NCBI GenBank assembly: GCA_951406725.2
Contig: OX597824.1
Span: forward strand, 15,996,001-16,060,000
DNA: 64,000 nt
Source of the DNA: Octopus vulgaris
Taxonomy: Eukaryota
Reading direction: 5' to 3'
The position numbers were made by a program, and so were the translations under genes. This document shows positions 13,681-28,500 of this stretch, piece after piece; the stretch's first letter is position 1; each line of letters starts with the position of its first letter. The notes under the pieces are model-generated. The model saw only the letters and a list, made by a program, of their open reading frames with translations, did no database searches and had not been told where the DNA came from.

Positions 13681-14078
13681 GGATGAATGGAAAGATGGAT
13701 GGATGGATGAATATATCGATAGGTGGTTAGATAGATAGAGCAATAGAGAGCAAACGAGAGAGAAAGAGAGAGCCGAGACAGAGAGGGAGAGTGACTGAAA
13801 CAGAATGTTTAATGACGGAATTAAGTCAAAGAATACACGAATGTGTGTGCTATACACCACGATCTTCAAGTTACAGCCCTGTTGTACAATAATATTCTCT
13901 CCTATGATCGTATACGAGTATTTTTTCTCACATATTGGATTAGAGAAATGATTAAGATAAAGATTAATGAACGAAAGATTAAAAAAAAAAAATAATTTCT
14001 TTTGATTGTTCTTATTAATTAGTAAAAAAAAATGATCAGGATCTACAGCAGTAACATGCAAACTCGTCCACAGACGTC

Positions 14079-14124
<46 letters not shown>

Positions 14125-14301
14125 TTTGTACTTTATAGGCCTGTGTATACATTCTCGAATACAAAACAAATGTATATTGATACACATATAAATTGTAATT
14201 ACCATCTTGTTTTGATTAAGCTTTACAATTAACGCAAAATAAAAGAAAAAAAGTTTCTACTCTAAACCGCATACACATTCAGAATTGCATGTGCATATGA
14301 G

Positions 14302-14352
<51 letters not shown>

Positions 14353-15119
14353 TGTGTGTGTGTGTGTGTATGTATATATATATTTATATATATATATGCA
14401 TGTGCGTATGTATTTATATATACATAGATATATATGTATATATTATATATAATTTATATGTATATGTGTATATAGGAATATATGCATATATAAAAAAAGT
14501 GTATATATGTATATATGTATATATATATATATATATATGTGTTTGTGTGTATTTATATATATATATATATATATATGTAATCTATATTCATATGTCTATA
14601 TATGTATAAATATATATATATACATACATACATCCATATATATATCATATACACGCACACTAATATATATATATATGTACATATGTATGTGCGTGCGTGT
14701 GTATATATATATATATAGATATGTATACTTTTTTCATTATATATATTTGTGCCTGTTAATATACGTATTTATGTGTTTCTATGCGTATACATGGATATTA
14801 GATGCGTATATTTGCGTACTTGCGTGCATACACCGCTTCATATTTACATTAAATAATTATCGAAAATAAATCCGGATAAAATAATTTTAATACACGAAAA
14901 ATATTAAAAAAAACTCACAACAATAAAAAGGAAAAAAAAACAAAAAACGCCAAGAGAGAAACGAAATGGTAAACTAAAATACCCTGGAAATGCCGGGAGG
15001 ATAAAATAATCAGTGGAAAATTTCGGAAGTTTGAAAATTGCTATACGTTTAAAAAGTATTTAAGCTAAAGAGTAATAGAACCTGCACACAACTATATCAA
15101 TTCCACACACACACACATA

Positions 15120-15198
<79 letters not shown>

Positions 15199-15361
15199 AC
15201 TCTCTCTCTCTCACACACACACCCAGAAACACACACACACACACATGCATTCACGCGTGCGCTCCAGCATACGCACGCACACACACGCGCCTCTCACTCA
15301 GATAGGTACATATATAAACACCTACATGTATATATATATATGTATATAACGTATATATTTC

Positions 15362-15421
<60 letters not shown>

Positions 15422-15472
15422 ATATACATATATATATATTCTCACGCACTAATATAACCGTATATATATATT

Positions 15473-15548
<76 letters not shown>

Positions 15549-15901
15549 CTGTATACAAATATTTGTATTCTCTGCAGTATTAAATTTACTCCACGTGCAT
15601 ATGTATATTGCTTAATTCGTGTGCATGTGTGCGTGCGTTTCTGTGTGTGTGGTATTTAGGTGTGTGTAGCGTGTTTGTAATCGTCTTTATCTCTGGATGT
15701 GTAATAAATAGTGTATATTCGTGTGTAACAGATAAATAAATGTCTTTGTGTTACTTAATATTTTTCGTGAAAAATATATAATCGCTATATTTTAATCAAT
15801 AATTCTTCCGTGGGAAATATGTGACGTTAATTTCAAAATTAAAATATTTTATACTTACGTGCACTTTACGATGTTACATTCATGATTAAATGTGTATGTG
15901 T

Positions 15902-15941
<40 letters not shown>

Positions 15942-15961
15942 GTATATATATGTATATATAT

Positions 15962-16097
15962 GCAGGAGTGGCTGTGTGGTAAGTAGCTTGCTTACAAACC
16001 ACATGGTTCCGGGTTTAGTCCCACTGCGTCGCATCTCGGGCCGACCAAAGCCTTGGGATTGGATTTGGTAGACAGAAACTGAAAGGAGCCCGTCGTA

Positions 16098-16167
<70 letters not shown>

Positions 16168-16366
16168 GTATGTATATGTTTGTGTGTCTGTCTTTGAACC
16201 CTAAACCTCGCCTGACAACCGATGCTGGTGTGTTTACGTCCCTGCAGCCAAGCGGTTCGGCAAAAGGGACCGATAGAATAAGTAGTTGGCTTACAAACAA
16301 TAAGTCCCACGGTCGATTTGCTCGACCAGCATGGCCGCAGTCAAATGACTGACACAAGTAAAAGAG
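15962..16366 (+). mobile_element. SINE family B
   Basis: Head, internal (TA)n and tail present; two small deletions. Confidence 0.88.
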
Positions 16367-16368
16367 TA

Positions 16369-16443
<75 letters not shown>

Positions 16444-16554
16444 ATATATAGGGCATTTGAATGTAACTGTGAATATAATCGGCCGAACTGTTCGTCTCTC
16501 TGACCTCGTGTTGATATATGGCGTGCAGTTCGTCAAATTATATTTTATGACGTA

Positions 16555-16613
16555 CTCCACTGATGATCCGAGGATATGACATAATTTATTAACGGTGAAA
16601 CAATTGTATGGTG
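16555..16613 (+). ncRNA. Type I hammerhead ribozyme (PLE-type)
   Basis: CCA-CTGATGA(16560-66)-tCCG..CGGt-GAAAC-AATT-GTA-TGG: canonical core, palindromic AATT loop in a minimal stem III, GUA triplet, stem I CCA/TGG. Confidence 0.75.
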
Positions 16614-16830
16614 TTAATCTATATTTTCGTTAATTTTCATTTGTTCTGCTCGCTTACGTTCTTGGTGTGTTGAATTACTCCTTGAGAACAATTCTTAGTG
16701 GTTGAGTTCCTTTGCGGATCTATATCTAGCGTAAGAGCGTGCACATAGTGGATTCTCTCTCATACTTGTGTATGTATGTATGTATGTATGTATGTATGTA
16801 TGTATGTATGTATGTATGTATGTATATATA

Positions 16831-16893
<63 letters not shown>

Positions 16894-17301
16894 ATATATA
16901 TACATTGATGTTTGAACAGTCTATATCCATAAGATGGGATGTTCATGATATAAATACTTATTAATAGATAAATGTACATATGTTTCTCCCTCTCTGCTCC
17001 TCTCTCTTTTACTCTTTCTGTGAGCTCGTACAGATATATTATTATAGATATGTATCTAACTACCTATCTATATACAGGTAAACAGATACACACACACAAA
17101 CACGGAGATACGTACAGAAATGCAAAAACGAGGTGAGAAAGTAGTGCTTAAATGCTAAAGTTAGAGTAATATAGTATTTAAACTGAAAACATCTTCATAA
17201 ACTGATGTTCAGACTGTTGCGATAACATTACTGCAAGTGTCTGACGATCAGTCACGTGAAACTTTGAGAACAGTTTGTGAAGATATTTCTCATCTTCAAT
17301 G

Positions 17302-17381
<80 letters not shown>

Positions 17382-17514
17382 TATATATATGTATATATAT
17401 ATATACATTCAATTTTCTATTTTGTATATATTTGGGGTACTTAGGTCTGCTCGTGACTTGGTGCTTGCTTCTTCCATGGGTATGGGGAAGTATTTCATTT
17501 ATGGCTTACGTATT

Positions 17515-17568
17515 TATCGCTGACGAGGAGAAAATTCTTATGAATTAACTCTGAAATTGGGACCGATA
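17515..17568 (+). ncRNA. Type I hammerhead motif with mutated cleavage triplet
   Basis: TATCG-CTGACGA-GGAG..CTCT-GAAA-ttgg-GAC-CGATA; 5-bp stem I; element (~17408-17712) flanked by (TA)n. Confidence 0.6.
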
Positions 17569-17912
17569 GGATAATAACGGAATTTTTAAGAAATTCCTGT
17601 CGGCTTCGAGACGCGTGGTTGTAGTGAAAATTATATGGTTATTGACAATTAGTCAATTTTCGGCATATTTGGCATTAGAATATTCTTCTTTTGCCCTTGT
17701 TTATAAGTTGTTTATATATATATATATATATATTATTAAGCTTACATCGACCCCCTCCGCCGTGTCATTTTGTATTTATAATAAAATGAATATGTACAAA
17801 ATATAAAAATAACAATAAAATTATACAGTACAGTACTGTTTCTACAAACACACCCATATATATACATATACACACAAACACAGATATATATATATTTACA
17901 TATACATATATG

Positions 17913-18345
<433 letters not shown>

Positions 18346-18559
18346 AGATCTTATTGAATCTAATAATATTTTTATAACGAATCATACCATGCCTTAGAAG
18401 AGGCCAAACGTCAGCAACATGTTGAAGTATTGAATCAAAAGGATCTAACATTGTTAATCCAATCTCTGGTCGCGACAAACTCAATTTTTTAGTGGGGAGA
18501 TAACCCAATTTTTTAATGGCAATTTTTTAACAAGGGTGAATTAACCAAAAAGAACCGGT

Positions 18560-19092
18560 TTCTTTTGCCGAACCACCAAGTTACGGGAATTGTTGTCAAG
18601 CAGTGGTGGGGTACAAAGGCAGACACAAATACACACACACACACACACATACACACACACACACACATACACACACACACACACACACACATGCACACAC
18701 ACGCACACACACACACATCTACGACGGGATTCTTTCAGTTTCTGTCCACCAAACCTACTCACATGACTTTGATTGGCTCGAGGTTATAGTAGAAGACACT
18801 TGCCCAAGGTGTCAAGCAGTGAGATTGAACCCAGAATCACGTGGTTGGGGAGCAAGTCTCATACCACACGCTGGCAGAAACGTTAGCGCGCCGGGCGAAA
18901 TGCTTAGCGGTATTTCGTCTGTCGTTACGTTCTGAGTTCAAATTCCGCCGAGGTCAACTTTGCCTTTCATCCTTTCGGGGTCGATAAATAAAGTACCAGT
19001 TTTGCACTGGGGGCGATATAATCGACTCAATCCCTTCGTCTGTCCTTGTTTGTTCCCTCTATGTTTAGCCCCTTCTGGGCAGTAAAGAAATA
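18560..19092. mobile_element. Degenerate SINE B (minus, to ~18868) back-to-back with SINE A (plus, ~18870-19092)
   Basis: Family motifs recognisable in both halves. Confidence 0.8.
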
Positions 19093-19545
19093 CATATCCC
19101 CCGCCTTTAGGTAGGTGCACTATTCAAAAACAAGTACAATTCATTCGATTATTCTCATACATTTTCTACTCTATTTTGCCCACAGCGCTTGGGAATAGCC
19201 CGAAACAACGGTGAAACACAGCCAAGATATAACGCCGAGAATATGAACACATATTTACATGAATAGAGAACATCTTAACCAAATTGCCCTGAGTACTTAT
19301 CGGGAATGAAGCTTTTTTTTCTTTCAACAGAAAGGCAGCCGCCCCAACCTTGATGATTCTCCCTTAGAAAAGCCGTCAATAGCTTATAAAAACACCTGTA
19401 AAAAGGACTTGAATATATTGACAATGGGTCAGTGAGCGTTGTAAAGGTCAGTGTGCTGATAGGACCTGGCTAATAAACAATTGCTGTACTAGGTGACCAC
19501 CACGTCACCTACAAAATAATCGGACGATGCTCACCTAGTTTTCTT

Positions 19546-19900
19546 TATGTACGTATGTATGTATGTATGTATGTATGTATGTATGTATGTATGTATGTAT
19601 GTATGTATGTATGTATGTATGTATGTATGTACGTATGTATGTACGTATGTATGTATGTATGTATGTATGTATGTATGTATGTGTGTATGTATGTATGTAT
19701 GTATGTATGTATGTATGTATGTATGTATGTATGTACGTACGTATGTACGTACGTATGTATGTATGTATGTATGTATGTATGTATGTATGTATGTACGCAC
19801 GTATGTACGTACGTACGTATGTACGTACGTATGTATCTATGTATGTATGTATGTATGTATGTATGTATGTATGTATGTATGTATGTATGTATGTATGTAT
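19546..19900. repeat. (TATG)n/(TACG)n array
   Basis: Direct inspection. Confidence 0.95.
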
Positions 19901-20218
19901 GGGTGTGCGTGTGTGCATGTATTCTGTTGTGTAGTACATGTCAAAAGCGGCAAGTGCTATTGTTGGCTGGCAAGGTTGTGAGTTCAAGAGGCCTAGTGTT
20001 CAGTGATATAGTTTTTATTTTTTTTAGTTTCTATTTCTGTTGAAAAGATTGTTTGTATGCAATAAGTTGGTCTGTTTGGTCCGGTTGTTGATTGAAATAA
20101 CATAAATAATAATGAAAGCCTGAGAAATATATGAAAATACGACTAGAGGCATATGTGTAAGTATATATACATATACATGCATGCATGCAAGCATACATAC
20201 ATTTATTGATATATATCC

Positions 20219-20284
<66 letters not shown>

Positions 20285-20294
20285 CACACACTCC

Positions 20295-20512
20295 TTTACT
20301 ATTTTATTTGTTTCAGTCATTTGACTGCGGCCATGCTGGAGCACAGCCTTTTTGTCGAGCAAATCGACCCCAGGACTTATTCTCTGTTAAGCCGAGTACT
20401 TATTCTATCGATCTCTTTTGCCGAACCGCTAAGTTACGGGTACGTAAACACACCCGCATCGGTTGTCAAGCGATGTTGGGCGGGGGGACAAACACAGATA
20501 CACAAACATATG

Positions 20513-20563
<51 letters not shown>

Positions 20564-20703
20564 GACGGGCTTCTTTCAGTTTCTGTCTACCATATCCACT
20601 CACAAGGCTTTGGTCGGTCCGATGCTCTAGTAGAAGACACTTGCCCAAGGTGCCACGCAGTGGGAATGAACCCAGATCCATGTGGTTGGTAAGCAAGCTA
20701 CTT

Positions 20704-20706
<3 letters not shown>
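20295..20706 (-). mobile_element. SINE family B
   Basis: Reverse complement of the B consensus, head slightly truncated. Confidence 0.88.
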
Positions 20707-20737
<31 letters not shown>

Positions 20738-20824
20738 GCATGTATGTATATTCATATACAATTGTGATCATGAGAAAAAATGGGTTTTCTCCGTCATTCT
20801 GAAATCCATTGATCCATAGCAGGA

Positions 20825-21358
20825 AGGTCGCGAGCTGGCAGAAACGCTAGCACGCCGGGCGAAATGCGTAGCCGTATTTCGTCTGCCGTTACGTTCTGAG
20901 TTCAAATTCCGCCGAGGTCGACTTTGCCTTTCATCCATTCAAGGTCGATAAATTAAGTACCAGTTGCCTACTAGTGTCGATATAATCGACTTAATCCGTT
21001 TGTCTGTCCTTGTTTGTCCTCTCTGTGTTTAGCTCCTTGTGGGTAGTAAAGAAATAGGTATTTCGTCTATCTTTACGTACTGAGTTCATATTCCATCGAC
21101 TTTGCCTTTCATCCCTTCGGGGTCGATAAATTAAGTACCAGTTGCCTACTGGGGTCGATCTTATCGACTGGCCCCCTCCCCTCAAAATTTCTGGCCTTGT
21201 GCGTAGAGTAGAAAAGAATTTCTTTTTTGAGTTCAATTTCACCCTTTCACCCTTTCGGGGATCAATAAATTAAGTACCATTTGCGTACTGGAGTCGATCT
21301 AATCGAATGATCGCCTCACCAAAAATTTCGGGCCTTGTGCCAAGTGTAGAAAAGAATT
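20825..21358 (+). mobile_element. Three tandem SINE A units (one full, two 5'-truncated) with two different tails
   Basis: Core repeated near 20920, 21100 and 21245; first unit ends GTAGTAAAGAAATA, the others CCTTGTGC..GTAGAAAAGAATT. Confidence 0.85.
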
Positions 21359-21498
21359 GACCCCTAGCTGAACCTATTCATGAATCTTTACGTTTATTTC
21401 CTCGCTTTCAGCGCTTATTTACATGAGGAAGTTTTGCGCCATTTGGCGTCTTCTTTCAGCATGTGGTTTAGCCTGTTGTATAACTCGCTTTTTGTCGT

Positions 21499-21695
<197 letters not shown>

Positions 21696-21886
21696 CATAC
21701 ATATAGGACTATTAAATCCTGTTGAACGATATAACTGAGACAAATGTGAGACGTCGGCAGATCGGTGGGTAAGGTGTGAGGAGATGGTAGGTGGAGAATC
21801 ATGGAAGCAGAGGGAGGAGAGAAAAGGGGGAAGAGAACATGAATAGGAAAGGTACTAGCAGCAGTAGTAGTAGCAGTAATAGCTGA

Positions 21887-21970
<84 letters not shown>

Positions 21971-22133
21971 ACCAGTAATGGTGGTAGTGATGGTGGTTGT
22001 GGTGGTGGTGGTGGCTGTTTTATAAAACAACAGCTATAGAATACACATTGGTGATACATCTGGTAGTAGTAGCAGTAGTAGTAGTAGTGATGGTGGTTGT
22101 GGTAGTAGTAGTAATAGTAGCAGCAGCAGTAAT

Positions 22134-22229
<96 letters not shown>

Positions 22230-22230
22230 T

Positions 22231-22273
<43 letters not shown>

Positions 22274-22710
22274 AAGTAGCAGCAGTAGGAACCACAACGA
22301 CGACAGCAACTAAGACAGCAACAACAACGATGCACTGGCTAAAAAAGTAACGACAATGGAGAGGATGAGGAGAGCAAGGCAAGAGACAGTGAGATGCCGG
22401 TAGTCACCTCCGAGTTCATCTTCAAGCATGGATGCAAGAATCAGTTGTCAAAGGGCCGAAATTGGGCTCGGGGCGCAATGCCGGTCTATGTAAGCCTAGC
22501 TTTGATGTTAATGAATAAATACTAGGGACACAAGTTCATTGCTTTGCATTGGACTATTACTGTTGCTTAAACAGCCCTTATCTGAAAGTGATCCTAGATA
22601 TTTTTCTTCAACACTTGAGAACCGTTTTATGAAATACATCATATTTAGATAGTACAAGGTTATATCCATAAAAACCAATATTTAAAATCAAATATTTCTT
22701 GTTTTTGTTA

Positions 22711-22946
22711 ACACATGGCACGTGGACATGCCTACAAAGTCAGAAAACAACACAGCTCCCATGACTTTCGGAAACATTTTTTCACGCTCAGAGTTGCTGA
22801 AGCATGGAATAAACTGCCTGCGTCAGTTGTTGACTGCCATGACACTGCATCCTTTAAGGCCCTCATGCTTTCCGAAATCCGCCGAAACTACACCTGATTA
22901 TATATACACTTTAGATGAGTTGTAGTGCACCTGAGCACTGTACACA

Positions 22947-22998
<52 letters not shown>
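22711..22998 (+). mobile_element. 3' end of a CR1-clade LINE with (ATT)n tail
   Basis: ORF 22715-22897 RGHAYKVRKQ..RKHFFTLRVAEAWNKLPASVV is the typical CR1 ORF2 C-terminus, followed by a short 3' UTR and (ATT)n. Confidence 0.85.
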
Positions 22999-22999
<1 letters not shown>

Positions 23000-23169
23000 G
23001 TTTGTATATTTTAATGTTTACTTCAATCTTCTGAAATTTAGAAGCATCAAGTTGTTGATTGGATTCATTGTGGGTACCAAACTTCATATTTTATTGTTTG
23101 CCAATTCTAGTGCGGCTTACAATGCATTGCTTACCCAGGCTTTTTAAATGAACTGACTTAATTGGTATA

Positions 23170-23947
23170 TTTTTAAGTATGAAAATTATAGGTATTTTGA
23201 TAGTCCGGTGAAATTAAGAAATCGACTCGTAAATAAATGAAACCCTCGAATCCATCAATAAAGGGAGAGATAGAGAGGGGGAGAGAGTCGCATATGTATG
23301 TATGAACCCACACGTGTCTACACGGATAGGTACACCATGATTTATACATATGCAGATGAGGGTCGATTCATATGAAAAAGAGAGCGAACAATGATAATTA
23401 GCTCTCTTGCTTATCGGAAGATTTTAAGTTCGATTAAAATTTTTTTTTAAGTATCACTATTATAGGTATTTATACTCCGGTGAAATTAAGATATTAAGTT
23501 GTAAATAAACAAAACCCTCGAATCCATCACTGTACACACACACACACACACATAAACACATACATACACACACACATACAAACACAATCGCACGCACACA
23601 CACAGTCACTTATCTATGTATGTATTTATGTATGCACCCTCATGTATCTACGCGCTTAGGTATATCATGATCTATAAACACACAGACGAGGGTCGATTCA
23701 TAAGAAAAAGAAAGTGAACAAAACAGTATGATAACTTATCGAGAAATCTGTAACTTATATTAAGAAATGTTTTTTTCTTTTTTAAAGATAAATCAAACCA
23801 AATGTTCATCATTTCGAGCCACTCACCCAATGAGTATTTCTGCCAAATGTGGTGAAAATCCGTTCAGCCGATTTCCGGTAATTTTGCAAAAGCACAGACA
23901 AACAAAAAACGAGTGATTACAACACCCTGCTTTCGCTTACGCGCGCA

Positions 23948-23950
<3 letters not shown>
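23170..23950 (+). repeat. Unclassified repeat with a diverged ~275-bp tandem duplication and a Helentron/HINE-like end
   Basis: TTATAGGTATT..CCGGTGAAATTAAG..AAACCCTCGAATCCATCA and GAGGGTCGATTCATA occur twice (~23186-23390 and ~23460-23722); end reads CCAAAT.TGGTGAAAATCCG..ACAGACAAAC..CCTGC..GCAGG. Confidence 0.45.
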
Positions 23951-24007
<57 letters not shown>

Positions 24008-24008
<1 letters not shown>

Positions 24009-24499
24009 TGACTGTCCCAATCGATATAAACGTATCTATCAAGACCTACTAAAAACTGAGCAAATATAAAGATCTTGAAATAGAAATCAGCAAAATGTGG
24101 AACCTGAAAACTAAAACAATACCTGTTGTCATAGGTGCCCTGGGGATGATAGCGAAAGGGGCTGATTGCTACCTAACTCAGATACCAGGTAACCCCCAAA
24201 TGGCTGAAATTCAAAAGATAGTGCTCATGGGAACTGCTCATATCCTGCGCAAAATACTTTCTATGTAATCTCAGGGTTTAAAACAAACACAATTTTCGTT
24301 TTTTTATTTATTTATTTAAAAAAAAAATTTTATTCTTTATTTTTTTTTTGGACATTCACTAGTACAACATCAAAAAAACCTCCAAATATATGGCACACTA
24401 GGCACAACAACAACATGAACTTCCAACCTGTTGTCTCTTGAGGTCTCTGGGTGAGACTTGGAGCCAACTTGTACAAATATAAAGCAAAAGTCAAACATA

Positions 24500-24500
<1 letters not shown>
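24008..24500 (+). mobile_element. 5'-truncated R4/Dong-clade non-LTR retrotransposon (RLE C-terminus plus 3' UTR) in (TAA)n
   Basis: 24008-24268 translates MTVPIDINVSIKTY*KLSKYKDLEIEISKMWNLKTKTIPVVIGALG..IQKIVLMGTAHILRKILSM*, the R4/Dong endonuclease tail; (AAT)n on both sides. Not in the ORF track. Confidence 0.88.
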
Positions 24501-24535
<35 letters not shown>

Positions 24536-24550
24536 GGATAATAAAAATAA

Positions 24551-24824
24551 ATTCCCTTATTCAGTACCATGAACTAGCTCTCATGGCTTCTTATCTTAAC
24601 TGATTGGAAATGTTATCATGTCTTGGTATAAAATATGAGCTACAGTAAATATTCTGCTCACTACCACATGATTTACTGTCAGTTGTTTGACCTTAACCAG
24701 TTGAGCATGTCCCTTAGTGGCTGACGATATGTGCATCTCTGATCACAAGGAGAAGTAGTGGGGGAACACCATCGCCATGCGTTGAGAGGAATTCTTCAGT
24801 GTTTGAATAATTCACTTCTGGAAA

Positions 24825-24827
<3 letters not shown>
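24551..24827 (+). mobile_element. Family E, diverged copy with extra 5' sequence and truncated 3' end
   Basis: 24612-24826 aligns with ~24930-25150; followed by (AAT)n. Confidence 0.8.
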
Positions 24828-24905
<78 letters not shown>

Positions 24906-25419
24906 TATCATGTACATTGTTTTGTTTATCGTGTACATTGTTTTGTCTTGGTATAAAAGATGGGCTACAGCAAATATTCTGCTCAATACCACAGATTTGC
25001 TTGTCAGTTGTTTGACCTTAACCAGTTGAGCATATCCCTTAGTGGCTGACGATATGTGCATCTCTGATCACGAGCAGAAGTAGTGGGGGAGCATCATAGC
25101 CATGTGTTGAGAAGGATTCTTTGGGGTTTGAATAATTCACCTCTGGAAACATGGGTGTTTCGTTCAACGTCCTTAAACAACCCTTATTCAGGGACCTTTT
25201 GAGCGGGATGGGTTACTCGACCTGAAGAAAATTCTAACTGGGCTCCACCTGCAAGGTCATGTGCTGTTTATCTTGATATGAGATCACCATGTCGCGCACA
25301 TATGGTTGTGATGCATGTGCCTGGTGTACCCTTATCAGACGGGTAGTCATGATGGGTATACTGGGCTTCGTATATTTTACCCCAGTGTCACTTTGATGGC
25401 ATGCTCTGCTCGCTCACTC
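24906..25419 (+). mobile_element. Family E retroposon
   Basis: Ends CTCACTC-(AAT)n; short 5' duplication of TGTACATTGTTTTGT. Confidence 0.88.
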
Positions 25420-25442
25420 AATAATAATAATAATAATAATAA

Positions 25443-25953
25443 TGTACATTGTTAAGTGTTATCATGTACATTGTTTTGTCTTGGTATAAAAGATGGGCTA
25501 CAGCAGACATTCTGCTCAATACCACAGATTTGCTTGTCAGTTGTTTGACCTTAACCAGTTGAGCATGTCCCTTAGTGGCTGACGATATGTGCATCACTGA
25601 TCACGAGAAGAAGTAGTGGGGGAGCATCATAGCCATGTGTTGAGAGGGATTCGTTGGGGTTTGAATAGTTCACCTCTGGAAATATGGGTGGTTCTTTCTG
25701 CCATCCTTAAACAACCCTTATTCAGGGACCTTTTGAGCGGGATGGGCTACTCAACCTGAAGAAAATTCTAACTGGGCCCCACCTGCAAGGTCATGTGCTG
25801 TTTATCTTGATATGAGATCACCATGTCGCGCACATATGGTTGTGATGCATGTGCCTGGTGTACCCTTATCAGACGGGTAGTCATGATGGGTATATTGGGC
25901 TTCGTATATTTTACCCCAGTGTCACTTTGATGGCATGAACTGCTCTCTCACTC
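25443..25953 (+). mobile_element. Family E retroposon
   Basis: Near-identical to the preceding copy; same 3' end followed by (AAT)n. Confidence 0.88.
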
Positions 25954-26014
<61 letters not shown>

Positions 26015-26018
26015 CACT

Positions 26019-26084
<66 letters not shown>

Positions 26085-26513
26085 GAAATGTATGTACTTG
26101 TCTCCAAACATTTCTCCTTAGAAGAAAAAGAAATTAAGTATCTGAATACGAAATAGTCGATTGCTGTACTTTTTAGCCAACCTTTCTATTCCTTTTTCAG
26201 CTCGGTGACAGATAAGTCATGTGGACATCGGTGAGAAATGGTTCCATCTGGTGAAATGTTGCAATAAACTTGGGACGACATTGCAAAAGACGAGACGTTA
26301 GACTTATTGAAGCGTTCACAACTCCCGCTGTTCGAATAGTTTTTTTTGTTTGTTTTCATTTATTTTATCGCCCAAACGTCTCTTTCACGACCGAGCAACA
26401 ACGAGTCGTTAGAAGCGAGTTCAAGTTCAACCTCCTGTTTGTATTTCTGATAACAAGGATTGAATGACACTACAATAAATCCCCTTATCGTTCTCTCCCT
26501 CTATCTCTGTATA

Positions 26514-26683
<170 letters not shown>

Positions 26684-26954
26684 TATTTATATGTATGTAT
26701 GTATGTATATATTTATATAAGCATAATCCATACATACATATTAGCTGGTAAAATATATATGTATATAGACACAATGATGGTACACACACACAATACACAC
26801 ACGTACACAAACTCCTATGGAAACACTACATTTTTTTTTTTATGTTCTTAGTGTTTGTAGTATTTCGTCCAGCCACACAATGTGTTGGAGTGTTGTATGG
26901 AACACAGATTACATTGACTCTAGAAATAATTCCATCATTCCAGTATCCATGTAG

Positions 26955-28500
26955 TCTATAACATGTCTTGAAGAAATAAAATAACACAACAGATAAATAT
27001 ATGGTTGATACTGATGCTGTGTATATTGACAGTCAAGCTGTATTGTAAGGGGCCTGTGTCTATCATAAAGATCTTAGTATCCTTTTTTGGATTCCCTAGT
27101 CTTCTGGCTTGCTCGATGCCTGACAACTGATATGGTGTGTTTCCACCCCTGTGAATCAAGGAGGAATCATATTACTCGGCTAGGAAGTGAATATGCCTGA
27201 TATAGTAGCTAGGAGGTGATAATTCCGTTAAAAGTTGAATCTGAAAATATATCCTCATACGCCTAATGGCTGGGGTTGGGGGGTTTCCACAACCTGTCTC
27301 GATTAATCCCTGATACCAAATTACAATCCAGGATCATATACATGGAAAAGAATTTCGACTGGATTCTAATCCATGTCTCTGTCTTCAATCGACTAAACAA
27401 CGGGCTCTGTTAAATACTTTTCGCTTTTTGTTCCTTCTCAAGCCATGCGTGGCTCATAAGGGCCGCGGTTTCCAGGTTTCCTTGGCGTATAGGTCATCCA
27501 CATGGATGGGACGTCGGTCCGTCGCAGGTGAACTGCAAGATGCAGGAGGAAAGAGTGAGAGAAAGTTGTGGCGAAAGAGTCAGCAGAAGTTCGCCATTAC
27601 CTTCTGCCGGAGTGACATGGAGCTTAAGTGTTTCGCTCATAAACACACACATCGCCTGGTCTGAGATTCGAAACCACGATCCCTCGACCGCGAGTTCGCT
27701 GCTCTAACCACTAGGCCATGTGCCTCCACCAATACTTTTCGTTGCGTCTTTCGAAAGGGCTGACAATAAGAACGAGGGCAATAGCTACAGGAATTTAAGA
27801 TTGCCGTTCTGCTCATATGTTTGTTTCAGTTTTTGAGCAGACTCTCTACAAATTCTTGTGTTGCTCACCAATAATGGTACAGTCATATACATTCATTCTG
27901 TGATTTTTTTCATCCTGTTTATGGCGAGCATTTTGAAATCTACGCCTTACTGATGCAAGAACGATCTTAAAAATTTCCTCAGTAATACCTCACGCTAGCC
28001 CCAATAAATAAAATAACATCAATCATTGATTGATTGTGTTTTTTTCTCTCATCATATAATTATTTCTTGTTGGTTCCGATATTGGCTATATCAGATTTTA
28101 GAGAAAACACCTTCATTATTTTATCCGATATCTCAGCTAGCTGTTTAATGGAATCGATATCTTTATTTGAAATTAATATTGGATGCACATTATTTCTGAA
28201 AGGTTTTTACTAAAGTATTTGGCCTATTCACTGTTTTATTCTCTGTATCCGTCAAGAAGTTTTTCAGTTTCTGAGTTCCTCGGCTGGTATAAGCTCCTAC
28301 GTGGAGATTATATCTGTTAAACCGGGACCGGAATAGAAGAGGAGATTGAACGTAGCTCAAGAAGGAATAAATGATAGGGATGTGAGGAAGGGTAATTTCC
28401 TTTAGCATGTAGTAAATATAGTGATGTAGGATGTAGTAATTTCTGCACCATCAATATTTTATGAAGCCATCAGATTAGGAATGAGTCTCAGCAGTCAGAG
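26955..28500 (-). pseudogene. Possible highly decayed Ty3/Gypsy gag-pol relic
   Basis: Colinear weak motifs on the minus strand: ELIPAEELRN*KTS (cf. QLL.AEELGDRKPS), IKQLAEISDKIMKV (cf. LA..ADKI.E), ARRL near 27100. Heavily frameshifted. Confidence 0.35.
27424..27730 (-). mobile_element. SINE family C, tail variant 2, with TSD
   Basis: Head GGAGGCACATGGCCTAGTGGTTAGAGC..TTCGAATC; 11-bp TSD AATACTTTTCG at 27413-27423 and 27731-27741. Confidence 0.88.

Noticed and set aside
24551-25953. CRISPR-like or satellite interpretation of the repeat array
   Set aside because: Units are ~500-bp dispersed-repeat copies separated by (AAT)n in a eukaryotic context; no unique spacers or cas genes.
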